Source: Myxococcales bacterium
GTDB taxonomy: Bacteria; Myxococcota_A; Polyangia; Polyangiales; DASUME01
Direction: 5' to 3'
DNA length: 64,000 nt
Assembly: GCA_047601445.1 (NCBI GenBank)
Contig: JASGJH010000001.1
Location: 1,312,001 to 1,376,000, forward strand
Each line of letters opens with the position of its first letter. Positions within the stretch are counted from its first letter, which is position 1. Positions 33,408 to 48,315 of the stretch are shown here, piece after piece. The position numbers and the translations under genes are program-made. Under the pieces are notes generated by a model, which saw only the letters and a program-made list of their open reading frames with translations, was not told the DNA's origin and did no database searches.

Positions 33408-33437
33408 AAACGCGAAACGCCGCCCGGAGGCGGCGTC
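33408..33437 (-). terminator. Probable terminator downstream of the HU gene
   Basis: Minus strand GACGCCGCC-TCCG-GGCGGCGTT-TCGCGTTT. Confidence 0.55.
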
Positions 33438-33476
33438 CGCTGGCCGGGTGACCGGCCGTAGCTCGAGCCCTTGGGC

Positions 33477-33815
33477 TCAGACCATGTCCTTCAGCTTCTT
33501 GAGCGCGGTCGCGCGGATCTTGCGCGAAGCGGGCTTGGCCGGGAAGGTCACTTCCTGGCCCGTGAAGGGGTTGATGCCCTTGCGCTTGGCCTTGGCGGGG
33601 ATGTTGCGGATCTTGAGCTTGAGGAGATCCGGCACCACGAACTCGCCGGGACCCTTCTTGCCGAGCTCGCGCTTGATCAGCTCGCTCAGCGCGCCAAACA
33701 CGCCCGCCACTTCCTTCTTGGAAAGGCCGGTCTTCTCCGCCAAAGAGCCGATGACCTGGCTCTTGCTCAACTTCTTGCCGCCCGCTCCCGCCGGTGCTGC
33801 CTTCTTGCTCGCCAT
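33477..33815 (-). CDS. HU-family DNA-binding protein
   Basis: KSQVIGSLAEKTGLSKKEV...RKGINPFTGQEVTFPAKPA...LKD; GGAGG RBS. Confidence 0.9.
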   Translation of the reverse strand: MASKKAAPAGAGGKKLSKSQVIGSLAEKTGLSKKEVAGVFGALSELIKRELGKKGPGEFVVPDLLKLKIRNIPAKAKRKGINPFTGQEVTFPAKPASRKIRATALKKLKDMV

Positions 33816-34102
33816 TGCTTCCTCCTAGGGAGGCCATCACCACGCTTGGTCATGGGCCCCTGAACTCGTCCTTTGCCCCTGGTTTTTGGGGGCATTTCGA
33901 CGTCTCCGCGTCACGCGGTTCGACTGCATCTATGCATCCGCTGTGCAGCATCGCAATAGGTTTTCGGCAAAGACCCCTCAAAAAACCGCAAGAAATGCCT
34001 GCCAGGGTCCAATCAAGCCAGTTTTGCCCCGGATTTCTGCGATCGCCTCAGATCGCCGCGCGGGCTTTTCAGGCAGATCTGCCGGGTGAAAAGCCCGCGC
34101 GG

Positions 34103-34281
34103 TCGTCCACAGCAATTCACAGGTTGCCCACAACCGCGATTGTGGCCCTGTGGAAGGACCCGCAAGTTTGCTTCACAACCCCGTCAAACCGCAGCAATTA
34201 CGCCAAAAAGATCTCGGATTGAATGGGCCCTCGCGCGCGGGGCGGAGAGCAAGTTCGAGTCCTCAGCGCAGCTTGTCCACA
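34103..34281. promoter_or_regulatory. Cluster of DnaA-box-like 9-mers
   Basis: Plus strand: TCGTCCACA 34103, CAATTCACA 34113, TTGCCCACA 34124, TGCTTCACA 34169, TTGTCCACA 34273. Minus strand: AGGGCCACA 34141, CCTTCCACA 34149. Confidence 0.5.
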
Positions 34282-34291
34282 GCTCTAGGTG

Positions 34292-34738
34292 TCACGTACG
34301 GCTCCGCTGTTTGGTGGCAGCGATCAGCATGTCGGCCCGGGCATTCATACGTCGCTCTTCGGCGACGGTCCGGTGGTCGTAGCCCAGCAAGTGCAGAAGG
34401 CCGTGGGCCAGGAGCCAGGTGACTTCGTCCCACAGAGTACGCCCCAATTCCTCGGCCTGGCGGGCTGCTGTGTCGAGCGAGATCACCACGTCGCCGAGTG
34501 CCTTGGAGCCGGGCACGGGCTTACCTTCCCGCAAGGCAAAGGCGAGCACGTCGGTGGGCTTGTCCTTGCGCCGGTGGTCGCGGTTGAGCGTGTGGATGGT
34601 GGGGTCGTCGCAGAGCAAGATGGAGAGCTCGGCGCTCTCGAGCTTGAGCGCCTGAAGCATGCGCTCGGCGCGCCGCTTGAGGGCCGCAGAGGGGATCACC
34701 CTTGATGGGACGTGGACGCGACTGATCAAGACCGGCAC
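34292..34738 (-). CDS. ybeY: rRNA maturation RNase YbeY (start uncertain)
   Basis: LNRDHRRKDKPTDVLAF, LGDVVIS, HGLLHLLGYDH. Confidence 0.93.
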   Translation of the reverse strand: MPVLISRVHVPSRVIPSAALKRRAERMLQALKLESAELSILLCDDPTIHTLNRDHRRKDKPTDVLAFALREGKPVPGSKALGDVVISLDTAARQAEELGRTLWDEVTWLLAHGLLHLLGYDHRTVAEERRMNARADMLIAATKQRSRT

Positions 34739-34844
34739 GGGCGGGAGTTTGAGCACGGATCCGCGCGCGTCAATGTTCCTCGTCTGCATACAGGCGCTGC
34801 TATCGGTAGCCAGGCAGGCGGGCATCGGGCAAGCTCGCAGCCGG

Positions 34845-36209
34845 ATGTTCAAGAAAGTCTTGATCGCGAATCGCGGCGAGATCGCCGCCCGTGTGGCCCG
34901 CACCTGCAAGCGGCTGGGGCTCGACACCGTGGCCATCTATAGCGAAGTCGACGCCGACGGCGTGCACTGCCAGGCCTGCGACGAATCGGTGCTGATCGGA
35001 CCCGCGGATGCGCGGAGCTCCTATTTGAATGTGGCGGCCATCTTGGCGGCCGCGGACGCCACCGGCGCGGACGTGATCCATCCCGGTTATGGAATGCTCA
35101 GCGAGAGCCCCGAATTCGCGCAAGCCGTGCGAGACGCAGGGGTGAGCTTCGTCGGGTTGTCGCCGGAGCTGATGCTCAAGCTGCTCGACCGTGTGCAGTC
35201 GCGTGAGATTGCCATCAATGCCGGCGTCCGCGTGATCGATGGCAGCGAGCGTGCGGTGGAAAACGCGGCGGACGCCGCTCCGTTCGCGGAGCAGTTGGGC
35301 TATCCGCTGGCGGTGAAGGCGGTGCGCGGAGGCGGCGGACTCGGGCCGACGATGGTGCGCGAGGACAGCGAGCTCGCTGGGGCCATCGAGCGCGTGCAGA
35401 AGCGAGCGCAAGAGTTGTTCGGCGATGGCCGGGTGTACCTCGAGAAGACCTTGAGCCGGCCGCGCCACGTGGAAGTGCAAGTGGTGGCGGACTCCCACGG
35501 AGACATCGTGATCGTGGGAGATCGCGAGTGCAGCATCCAGCGCAATGGACTGCGGCTCCTGGATGAGTCACCGGCGCCGGCGCTGCTTGGGAGCGAGCGC
35601 GCTGAGCGCATCCGCGAGTCGGTTTTCGACGGGGCGCAGCGCTTTGCCCGGGAAGCCGGATTCGTCGGAGCTGGCGCGGTGGAGTTCTTGATTGACTCGC
35701 GCGGAGAGGCCTATTTCCTCGAGATGCGCCCACGCTTGCAGGTGGCACACGGCATCAGCGAAATGTGCGCGAACGTGGATCTCGTCGAGGCCCAGATGGT
35801 GATCGCCCACGGTGGCCCTGTCCCGGCAGAGATCAAGAAGGCCATTCCTTCGGGGCACGCCATGGAAGTTCGCATCACGGCGGAGCAAGTGAACCGCGGT
35901 TTCGCGCCTGCCACTGGAGTCGTCTCCGAGGTCCGCTGGCCCAACGCGTCACCCGGGCGCCTGCGTATCGAGGCGAGCATCCAGCCCGGCTCGAAGGTGA
36001 CCACGGACTACGACACCATGGTCGCCAAGGTGATCACGTTCGCTCCCACGCGACACGCGGCCCTGCTCCTGCTCGATCGGGTGCTGGCCGAGTCCGCCAT
36101 CGTGCCGCTGCCGACCAACAGTAGCTTCTTGCGGCGCATCCTCGGCCACGAGAGCTTCCGAGCCGGTCAGTACGACATCACGTTCGTGGAACAGCTACTT
36201 AGGAAGTAG
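34845..36209 (+). CDS. Biotin carboxylase-like protein (ATP-grasp) with a degenerate active site
   Basis: KVLIANRGEIA, IHPGYG, RPRHVEVQV, RECSIQR, FLEMRPRLQVAH, YDTMVAK. Confidence 0.88.
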   Translation: MFKKVLIANRGEIAARVARTCKRLGLDTVAIYSEVDADGVHCQACDESVLIGPADARSSYLNVAAILAAADATGADVIHPGYGMLSESPEFAQAVRDAGVSFVGLSPELMLKLLDRVQSREIAINAGVRVIDGSERAVENAADAAPFAEQLGYPLAVKAVRGGGGLGPTMVREDSELAGAIERVQKRAQELFGDGRVYLEKTLSRPRHVEVQVVADSHGDIVIVGDRECSIQRNGLRLLDESPAPALLGSERAERIRESVFDGAQRFAREAGFVGAGAVEFLIDSRGEAYFLEMRPRLQVAHGISEMCANVDLVEAQMVIAHGGPVPAEIKKAIPSGHAMEVRITAEQVNRGFAPATGVVSEVRWPNASPGRLRIEASIQPGSKVTTDYDTMVAKVITFAPTRHAALLLLDRVLAESAIVPLPTNSSFLRRILGHESFRAGQYDITFVEQLLRK

Positions 36210-36219
36210 CTGTTCCACG
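36185..36219. terminator. Perfect 16-bp inverted repeat overlapping the stop codon, between convergent genes
   Basis: CGTGGAACAGCTACTT-AGG-AAGTAGCTGTTCCACG. Confidence 0.6.
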
Positions 36220-36307
36220 GGGCTCGCACGAGCTCGCTCGTACGACAGCGTGGTTCAGCACCCGGAAAGTAGCTGAGCAGCGACAGCACTCGCACGAACC
36301 GAGAGGC

Positions 36308-37598
<1,291 letters not shown>

Positions 37599-37899
37599 CT
37601 AGCCCTTGTGCGCGGGACGGCGCGCGCGATGTAGCAGGCTGATTCTCGAGCTGCAAAAGCGCAACGTCTCGGGTGCTGCGAAATCGTGGCCGCGCCCCTT
37701 TTTACGAGGCGTCTGCGTGGGATGCCCCTCGCTTTGGGCGCGAGGGGACGCGCGGCTGCCGCGACGCTTGCCCGTCGCGAGCATGACGCGGACTCCGATT
37801 GTTTCAGGGGCACTCGCTCGAGCGCGTGGATTGGCGGCTGCCCAACCATCAGGCCAATCGTGGCGCGGCCCGAGCCTGAACTGCCGTACACTGGCGAAT

Positions 37900-39192
37900 G
37901 TGGGTCCCCTGCAACGCGTGCTTTGGGCCGTCGCCGCGTCCCTCCTGGCGCATGCGGGCGCGGCATGGCTGATTCCCGAGTCCTCGGGGAACACTACCGA
38001 AGCATCCGCGAAGTCGCGCGAGCAGGCCGTCGAGGTTCCCTTCGAGGCCGTGACGGAGCTCCGCGCCCCCCTGCCCCCTGAGCTGTTGTACCCGCGGCCA
38101 CCGCCGCCGGGAGGCCCACGCAGCGCGAGCAGTCTGGATACCGCGGAGAGCGAAGCTCAGGGTGGAGATGGGGCTGCGCCCGAGGAGGCCATGCTGCTGT
38201 TCCCGTTCCTGGCCACGGTCGAGCTCCAGGACACGGACTTCAACCACCTCGAGCTCAGCCAGACCCAGCGCATTCGCACCTCCACCGAGCGCGCCACGCT
38301 CGAGCAGCGTCGGGCCACCCCGAACTCTGCAGACGCGGTCTTCCTGGCCTCGGGCGGTGTACTGGGACACGCCGAGCGGCGTCCTCCCGCGCCCAGCGAC
38401 GCTCGCTGGGGAGCCCGTGACGCAACCCAGGCGAGCGAGCGGACGACGAGCACCGGGAGTCCTGCTGAAATGCCCGCGCGCCTCCAGGCGGGCATTTCAC
38501 CGACGACGCGCGGCGAGCGCCCCAGCGACAGCGCACTCCACGATCAGGCAGACCAAGGGATCTTCCAGGGTCGTGGCGCGCGCGCATCCGACGCGGCTCG
38601 CGTGCTCCACGCACGCCCGAACGTCGACCGCGGCCCGGCGGCGACGCTGTCGGTGATGGAAGACCCGCGTGTGAAGGACGATCAAGACGCAGAGTTGCTG
38701 GCCGCGCGGCTCGAGCGCTCGTTGGTGGACGCGAGTTTGCAGCACGCCACCCTTCGCGGCCCCGGCTTGGGCGGCGCAGAGCGCGACGGCGTGGGCTTTG
38801 CTCCGCGGGGCGCCGGCCGCGGCGCGAAGGCGTCCCCCTTTGCGCCCGGTGCGGGTACGGCGGGCGTGCTCGACACCAGCGACGCGCGCTACCTGCGCTG
38901 GTTCACCAACCAACGTGCGCGGGTCCAGGATCGGCTGGTCTTTCCGGAGGCGCGGGCCCTGTCGAAGGACCAGGGCGTGAGCCTGTATCGCGTGAGCCTT
39001 GCGCGCAGCGGTCGCCTACTTTCGCCGCCGCTGCTCCTGCGATCGAGCGGCTACGCCGACTTCGATGCCTCCGCGCGCCTCGCCATCGAGCAGGCCGCGC
39101 CGTTCGAAGAGCTCCCCGCCGCGCTCGCCCCCGATCAAGAGGAGCTCTCCGTCGTGATCCCGGTGCAGTTCGACAACCCGATGGTGCAATAG
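37900..39192 (+). CDS. TonB/TolA-like energy transducer family protein (start uncertain)
   Basis: N-terminal TM with SxxxH (ASLLAH), long low-complexity region, C-terminal LRSSGYADFDASARLAIEQAAPF. Confidence 0.75.
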   Translation: MGPLQRVLWAVAASLLAHAGAAWLIPESSGNTTEASAKSREQAVEVPFEAVTELRAPLPPELLYPRPPPPGGPRSASSLDTAESEAQGGDGAAPEEAMLLFPFLATVELQDTDFNHLELSQTQRIRTSTERATLEQRRATPNSADAVFLASGGVLGHAERRPPAPSDARWGARDATQASERTTSTGSPAEMPARLQAGISPTTRGERPSDSALHDQADQGIFQGRGARASDAARVLHARPNVDRGPAATLSVMEDPRVKDDQDAELLAARLERSLVDASLQHATLRGPGLGGAERDGVGFAPRGAGRGAKASPFAPGAGTAGVLDTSDARYLRWFTNQRARVQDRLVFPEARALSKDQGVSLYRVSLARSGRLLSPPLLLRSSGYADFDASARLAIEQAAPFEELPAALAPDQEELSVVIPVQFDNPMVQ

Positions 39193-39194
39193 TC

Positions 39195-41627
39195 TCAGCG
39201 CAGGACCGACGGGCCCTCGTAAATCGCGACCGGATCCACGCCGTTCATGTGCTTGAGCAGGAACATGCGGGCCAGGAAGGGCTTGAGGGCCTCGGGCAAG
39301 GCCGCCGCCACGCCCGCCTGGGCCTGATCGCGCGACGCGAACACGTAGTCGAGCAGGCGCGAGGGGCGCTTGGGCAACATGACGATGCCCGCATCCTGGT
39401 CGAGGTTGGCGAGCTCCCGTGCGCGGGCCAGCGCCGAGCCGAAGCCCCCGAGTTGATCGACGAGGCCCACCTCGCGCGCGGCGTCGCCGCTGTAGACCCG
39501 GCCGCGGGCCAGTGCGTCGACTCGTTCGATGGGCATCTTGCGGCCATCGGACACCCGCGAAAGGAACTGCCGGTACCAGATGCGCAGCTTCTCCGCGAGC
39601 ACCGCGCGCTCCTCGTCGGTGAACGGACGAAACACGCTGTCGGCTCCAGCATGGGCCCCGCGTCGCTCGGACTCGATGCCAACCCCGAAGCGCGCCGCGA
39701 TGGGAGCCACGTCGACCTTGCCGTAGAAGATGCCGATGGAGCCCGTGATGGTGGAGGGCGAAGCCCAGATCTCGTCCGCCCCCGCCGCCACGTAGTAACC
39801 GCCGCTCGCGGCCACGTCGCCCATGGACGCGATGACCGGCTTCTTGGCGCGAGCGCGCTTGACCGCGCGCCAGATCTGGTCGGAGGCCATCACGGCTCCA
39901 CCAGGGCTGTCGATGCGCAGGACGATGGCCCGGATGCGCGGGTCGTTGGTGAACTTGTCGATGGTGTCGACGATGGTGCGGCCACCGCTCAGGTGGACAT
40001 CGACGAACGGCACGTCCACGTTCTCCCCGTCGACGATGGTGCCGTCGATGACCACGACGCCGATTTGGCCCGTGGGACCAAATGCTGGGTCAATCTCACG
40101 TGCGCCCTGGTCGATCACGTGGGTGTGCGGCCCGAAAAGGTCCTTGGCCTCGCGATCGACGTCACGACGATCGACTTCTGCGGCCACCAGCTTCTCGCTC
40201 AGTGCTTCGGTCGCGAGGAAGGGCCCGCGGTCGATCACGGCCCGCACGTCGCTCTCGCCGCGGCCGAGGTCCCCAGCCAAGTCGTGAACCAGTCGCCGGT
40301 AGGCGTCGTCGACGATGGCCTTGCGCTCCTCACGCGCCGGCTCGGAGGCCCCCGCATTCGTGTACTGCTCGGGAGCGCTCTTGTACCGCCCGATGCGCAC
40401 GAAATCCGCTCGGACTCCGATGTTCTGCAGGAGCTCCCCGAAGTACAGGGACTCACCGGAGACACCCATCAGGCGCACCATGCCCGCGGGATCGATGCTG
40501 ATGCGCTTGGCGCCGGCGCACAGGTAGTACTCGCTGCCAGAGGCCAACTCGAGGTGACAGTAGGTGGGCTTGCCGGCCTGCTCCAGGGCCTGCAGCATCA
40601 GGCGCACCTCCTGCGCCGAGGCCAGCCCCGCGCCCGTATCGGAGGGCGAAATCACCACCCCTTGAATGCGCGGATCGTGCAGCGCCGAGTCGAGTGCCAG
40701 GACGGTGCCGAGCAACGCACGCGGGGCGAGACTCTCGATGCGGATGCGCGCCACATAGCGTGTGCCCGGAAGCCCCCTGCGCGGCTGCGTGTGCACGTCT
40801 GCCAGCAACGACCAGCCCACCTTGTCGGCTTGCTTGGAGGTGTGAATCGCGGGCGCCACGGAGAGCTCCTCCCAGCGCACGTCGAGCCCCGCGGTGATGG
40901 TCCAGACCTGGCGCGATCCGATTTCGGTCAGCTCGCCTGCAGCGCCGAGGCGACCCACGTGGGGCACGGGGACCTGTGCGGCCGCGCGCACCCCCATGTC
41001 GCGCTCTTGATCCACCAGCCCCGCCAGCTCCACCATCAACCGATCGTCTCCGAGCGGGCGAACGGCCATCGCCAACAACGCCGAGCGCCTCAAGGCGAGT
41101 TCGCCGAGTCGCGGGTGCCCTGCGGACAAGTCACGCCCAATCAGGCTCACTCCGAGGGTGGTCGACGGCCGGAACGTGAGCGCGAGATCGGTCGTGTTCA
41201 CGTTCGGGCCGCCGTCGCGCGGGGAGCGGAAGCGCCAGTTGGCTCCCAACGAGAAATAGGTCCCCATGTTGAAGGCCGCACCGAGCACGAAGCCATTGGT
41301 GGATGCCAGGCCCGGCGTGCTCGCGCGCATGAAATCGAGGCCGCCTCCCAGGGAGAGTCGCCGCCCCACCGACCCCGCCAACCAGGCCGCATCGAGTTGA
41401 TCCGGATAGGCCGTATTGCCGACGGCGGACACGTGGCTGTAGGTGAACGAGAGCCCGTGAAGCGCGCCCAGGGCCGACGGGTTGACCGAGGTGGCCGAGG
41501 CGTTGTCAGGGCTCACGATGGATACAGGAAACGCAGTCGCGGAGGTAAGTGGAGTTCGTACCTGAGCCGACACTGTCGCAGAGCACCACACGACTACGGC
41601 AACCACGGAGCATGCGAGACGTTTCAT
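39195..41627 (-). CDS. sppA: Signal peptide peptidase SppA (S49) with an N-terminal beta-rich extension
   Basis: GRYKSAPE, LRIDSPGG, SMGDVAASGGYY, TGSIGIF, GLVDQLGG. Confidence 0.92.
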   Translation of the reverse strand: MKRLACSVVAVVVWCSATVSAQVRTPLTSATAFPVSIVSPDNASATSVNPSALGALHGLSFTYSHVSAVGNTAYPDQLDAAWLAGSVGRRLSLGGGLDFMRASTPGLASTNGFVLGAAFNMGTYFSLGANWRFRSPRDGGPNVNTTDLALTFRPSTTLGVSLIGRDLSAGHPRLGELALRRSALLAMAVRPLGDDRLMVELAGLVDQERDMGVRAAAQVPVPHVGRLGAAGELTEIGSRQVWTITAGLDVRWEELSVAPAIHTSKQADKVGWSLLADVHTQPRRGLPGTRYVARIRIESLAPRALLGTVLALDSALHDPRIQGVVISPSDTGAGLASAQEVRLMLQALEQAGKPTYCHLELASGSEYYLCAGAKRISIDPAGMVRLMGVSGESLYFGELLQNIGVRADFVRIGRYKSAPEQYTNAGASEPAREERKAIVDDAYRRLVHDLAGDLGRGESDVRAVIDRGPFLATEALSEKLVAAEVDRRDVDREAKDLFGPHTHVIDQGAREIDPAFGPTGQIGVVVIDGTIVDGENVDVPFVDVHLSGGRTIVDTIDKFTNDPRIRAIVLRIDSPGGAVMASDQIWRAVKRARAKKPVIASMGDVAASGGYYVAAGADEIWASPSTITGSIGIFYGKVDVAPIAARFGVGIESERRGAHAGADSVFRPFTDEERAVLAEKLRIWYRQFLSRVSDGRKMPIERVDALARGRVYSGDAAREVGLVDQLGGFGSALARARELANLDQDAGIVMLPKRPSRLLDYVFASRDQAQAGVAAALPEALKPFLARMFLLKHMNGVDPVAIYEGPSVLR

Positions 41628-41769
41628 GGGCGCCTAAGCCATATCACGGAGAGTGCGTGGGAACGGGACGAAACCCCCGACTTCGTGGCATTCTCCGAGG
41701 CCTATCGCCTTGGCATCTTCCGTGTCGCCCCGCCTCGCCTATCGTGCGCTCCTCTTCTTCTGTCGTCGT

Positions 41770-42608
41770 GTGACCACGGGGAGTGGTGCCCGTCGAGGCG
41801 CGCGTGGTTCGTCGTCGCGCCCAGTGGGTGTGCTGTTGCTGTCGTGGGGCTTGTTGCTGGGGCTCGTGTGCCAGGCCGCGCCTCCGTGTGCCTCGGCGCA
41901 AGCGCGCTCCGAGGCGTCGACCGCCAAGTCTCCACCCAGTGCCGCCATCCAGCACTACAACCGCGGTCGAGAGCACTACCAGGCAGGTCGCTACCGCGAT
42001 GCACTACAAGAGCTCGAGGTGGCGGTGAACCTGGATCGTCGTCCCCCAACCTGGTCTACAACGTGGCCCGCGTGTACGAGTTGCTGGGCGACATCGACCA
42101 GGCGATCGCTTTCTACCGCCGCTATCGCGACATGTTGCCCGCCAACGAGCAGGCCGAGCGCGACCGCACCGAGCTCACGCTGCAGCGCCTCGAGGGGGCG
42201 CGCGAACACGTCGACACCACGGCGCCGCCCGCCACCATCATCGAGCGCAAGCGCGGCGTGGCCGACGGCGCGTTTTGGACCGTGGCGAGTATCGGTGGCT
42301 TGGCTTTGATCGGGGCGGGGGTCACTGGAGCCCTGGCCTTGACCACGCAGCACGACAGTGACGAATTCGTGCTGGGTAAGGACGGCGGCGTAAAGGGACG
42401 TGAGGCGCTGGTGGATCGCGCCGACCGCTATGCCTTGAGCAGTGACATCCTCCTGCTCGGGGGCGCGGCGCTCGGCGTGACCGCCATTCTCATGTACACC
42501 CTGCGCGAGCAAACGGTGCGCGAACCCGGCCCGCCCATGGAGCGCTTCGCCTGGAACGTGCAGGCTTCGCCCACGGGCGTGATGCTGGGGCTGCGGGGCA
42601 GCCTATGA
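41770..42608 (+). CDS. TPR protein with C-terminal hydrophobic segments; -1 frameshift near 42037; start uncertain
   Basis: HYNRGREHYQAGRYRDALQELEVAVNLD joins (P)SSPNLVYNVARVYELLGDIDQAIAFYRRY in the other frame. Confidence 0.8.
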
Positions 42609-44147
42609 AGCTCGCGCGCGCATTGCTCCTGCTGTGGTTCACCTGTGCGAGCATCGCTTGCTCGTTGCTGGTGGACCCTGAGCGCAAGGCGCCGCGCTGC
42701 GTGCTCACCGAGGGCGTGCCGGATCCCTGCCCTGCGGGACGCGTGTGCCGCAGCGGCCGTTGCGAGCCCCTCGGCTGCGGCAGCGTCGAGAACTGCGGCG
42801 ACGGCGTGGACGACGACTGTGACGGCAAGATCGACGAGCGCATCGACGACGCCGAAGAGGTCTGCGGCGACCGCAAGGACAACGATTGCGACGGCAAGGT
42901 CGACGAACGCGAAGACACCAACATCGGGGAAATCTGCGGCAACGGCCTCGATGACGACTGCGACTCACGCTTCGACGAGGGCCATGATCAGGACTCCGAC
43001 GGCACCCCCTGGTGCGGCAATGCGAGCGCTGCGGGCGGCGGAGACACCGCGGATTGCGATGACTTCGACCCCTCGGTGCATCCCGGTCTCGACGAGATTC
43101 TGCGACGGGCGCGACAACGACTGCGATACCCGCGTAGACGAGACCACCAACAAGCCGCTCTGTGATCCGGGGCTCTCTTGCATCGGACAGCGCTGCACCG
43201 CACCCGATTGCACCCCGGACGGCAACGAGTGCCCGGCCGATCAACGCTGCGACCCCATGACGCTCCACTGTGTGGCCCTCGGCTGCACACCAGGCAGCTG
43301 CCCCAGCCCGCAGTACTGCGACCAGACGAGCGGCCAGTGCCGCACCACGCGACGTCCCAACGGGGATCCGTGCGTGGCCGATGGGGACTGCGTTTCCGGT
43401 TCGTGCGCGGACCGCGTCGCGCTCCGCTTGAAGGCCGAAGCGAGCCGCCTCTGCGTGCAGGCCTGCTGCGCAGACTCCGATTGCGCCACGGGCGAGCGTT
43501 GCCACGTCTCGGGCAGCGGAGCACGCTCGTGCCTGCCGTCGGCGCTGACCCCGAGGCCCTCCAACGCGCCGGCGCCGTGCACTGCCGACGACCAGTGTCC
43601 CCGCCAGACCTGCACCCTGGTGTCCGACCAAACCCTGTCGTCGCCCGCTGAGCCGGAGCGCCACGATTTGGTCGCCTCCAGCTGCGAGGCCGTCAGCTTC
43701 GGCTTTTCGCTGGGCGACGCCTGCAATTCGGACTCGGTCTGCGCCTCGAAGGCCTGCGTGCCGAGCCCTGGCCTGTTCCCGCCCAACGTCTGCTCGCGCC
43801 CGTGCGGCACGTCGGCCGACTGCAAGGATCTCGAGATGGCGGCGGACGGCCTGTTCGCCTCCCGACCCCGCAGCTATTGCCGCTTCGTGACCAAGGGCCC
43901 CGGCCAGGACTACCTACCGATCTGCGTGTTGCCCCAGAACACCATGGGGGCCGGGGGGTTTGGCTCGCGCTGCGCGAACGGAAGCAACTGCCTGGAGGGC
44001 GCCTGCGTGGGTGCGGCCGGGGAGACCCCCGGTATGTGTTCGATAGCTTGCTGTCGAGACAGCGACTGCCCTGGCCTGACTACGGGCCCCACCAAGTGTC
44101 GGCCGGTGGCGTTTGGTGAGCACTTCGAGATGCGCTGCATGCCCTGA
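42605..44147 (+). CDS. Cys-rich putative lipoprotein with MopE-type metal-binding repeats; +1 frameshift near 43098
   Basis: SIAC lipobox-like; ENCGDGVDDDCDGKIDE-type repeats; DCDDFDPSVHPGLDEI joins CDGRDNDCD; many CxxDxDC motifs. Confidence 0.82.
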
Positions 44148-44241
44148 GGTCGGATGGGGCCTACGGCCAGGGTGGAAGCGCACGTCGGTCACCGAAGACA
44201 TCACCCCTGACACCGAGGCACTGCTACACTCGGCCGTCGGC

Positions 44242-45831
<1,590 letters not shown>

Positions 45832-45837
45832 GACGGG

Positions 45838-48222
<2,385 letters not shown>

Positions 48223-48315
48223 GGCTACACTCGCTGCCTGAGGTGTGAGCACGCGTCGCCGAGCGGCGAGCGCGCGTTGAGACTTACCCCAAGCGTAGGT
48301 TGAGAACGGACTCGC

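Noticed and set aside
39249..42608. 1119-aa ORF on the + strand
   Set aside because: Mostly antisense to sppA; only the part after ~42040 is real (C-terminus of the frameshifted TPR gene).
42780..43140. CRISPR-like DNA repeats
   Set aside because: These are degenerate in-frame protein repeats (MopE-type); no identical repeats with spacers and no cas genes.
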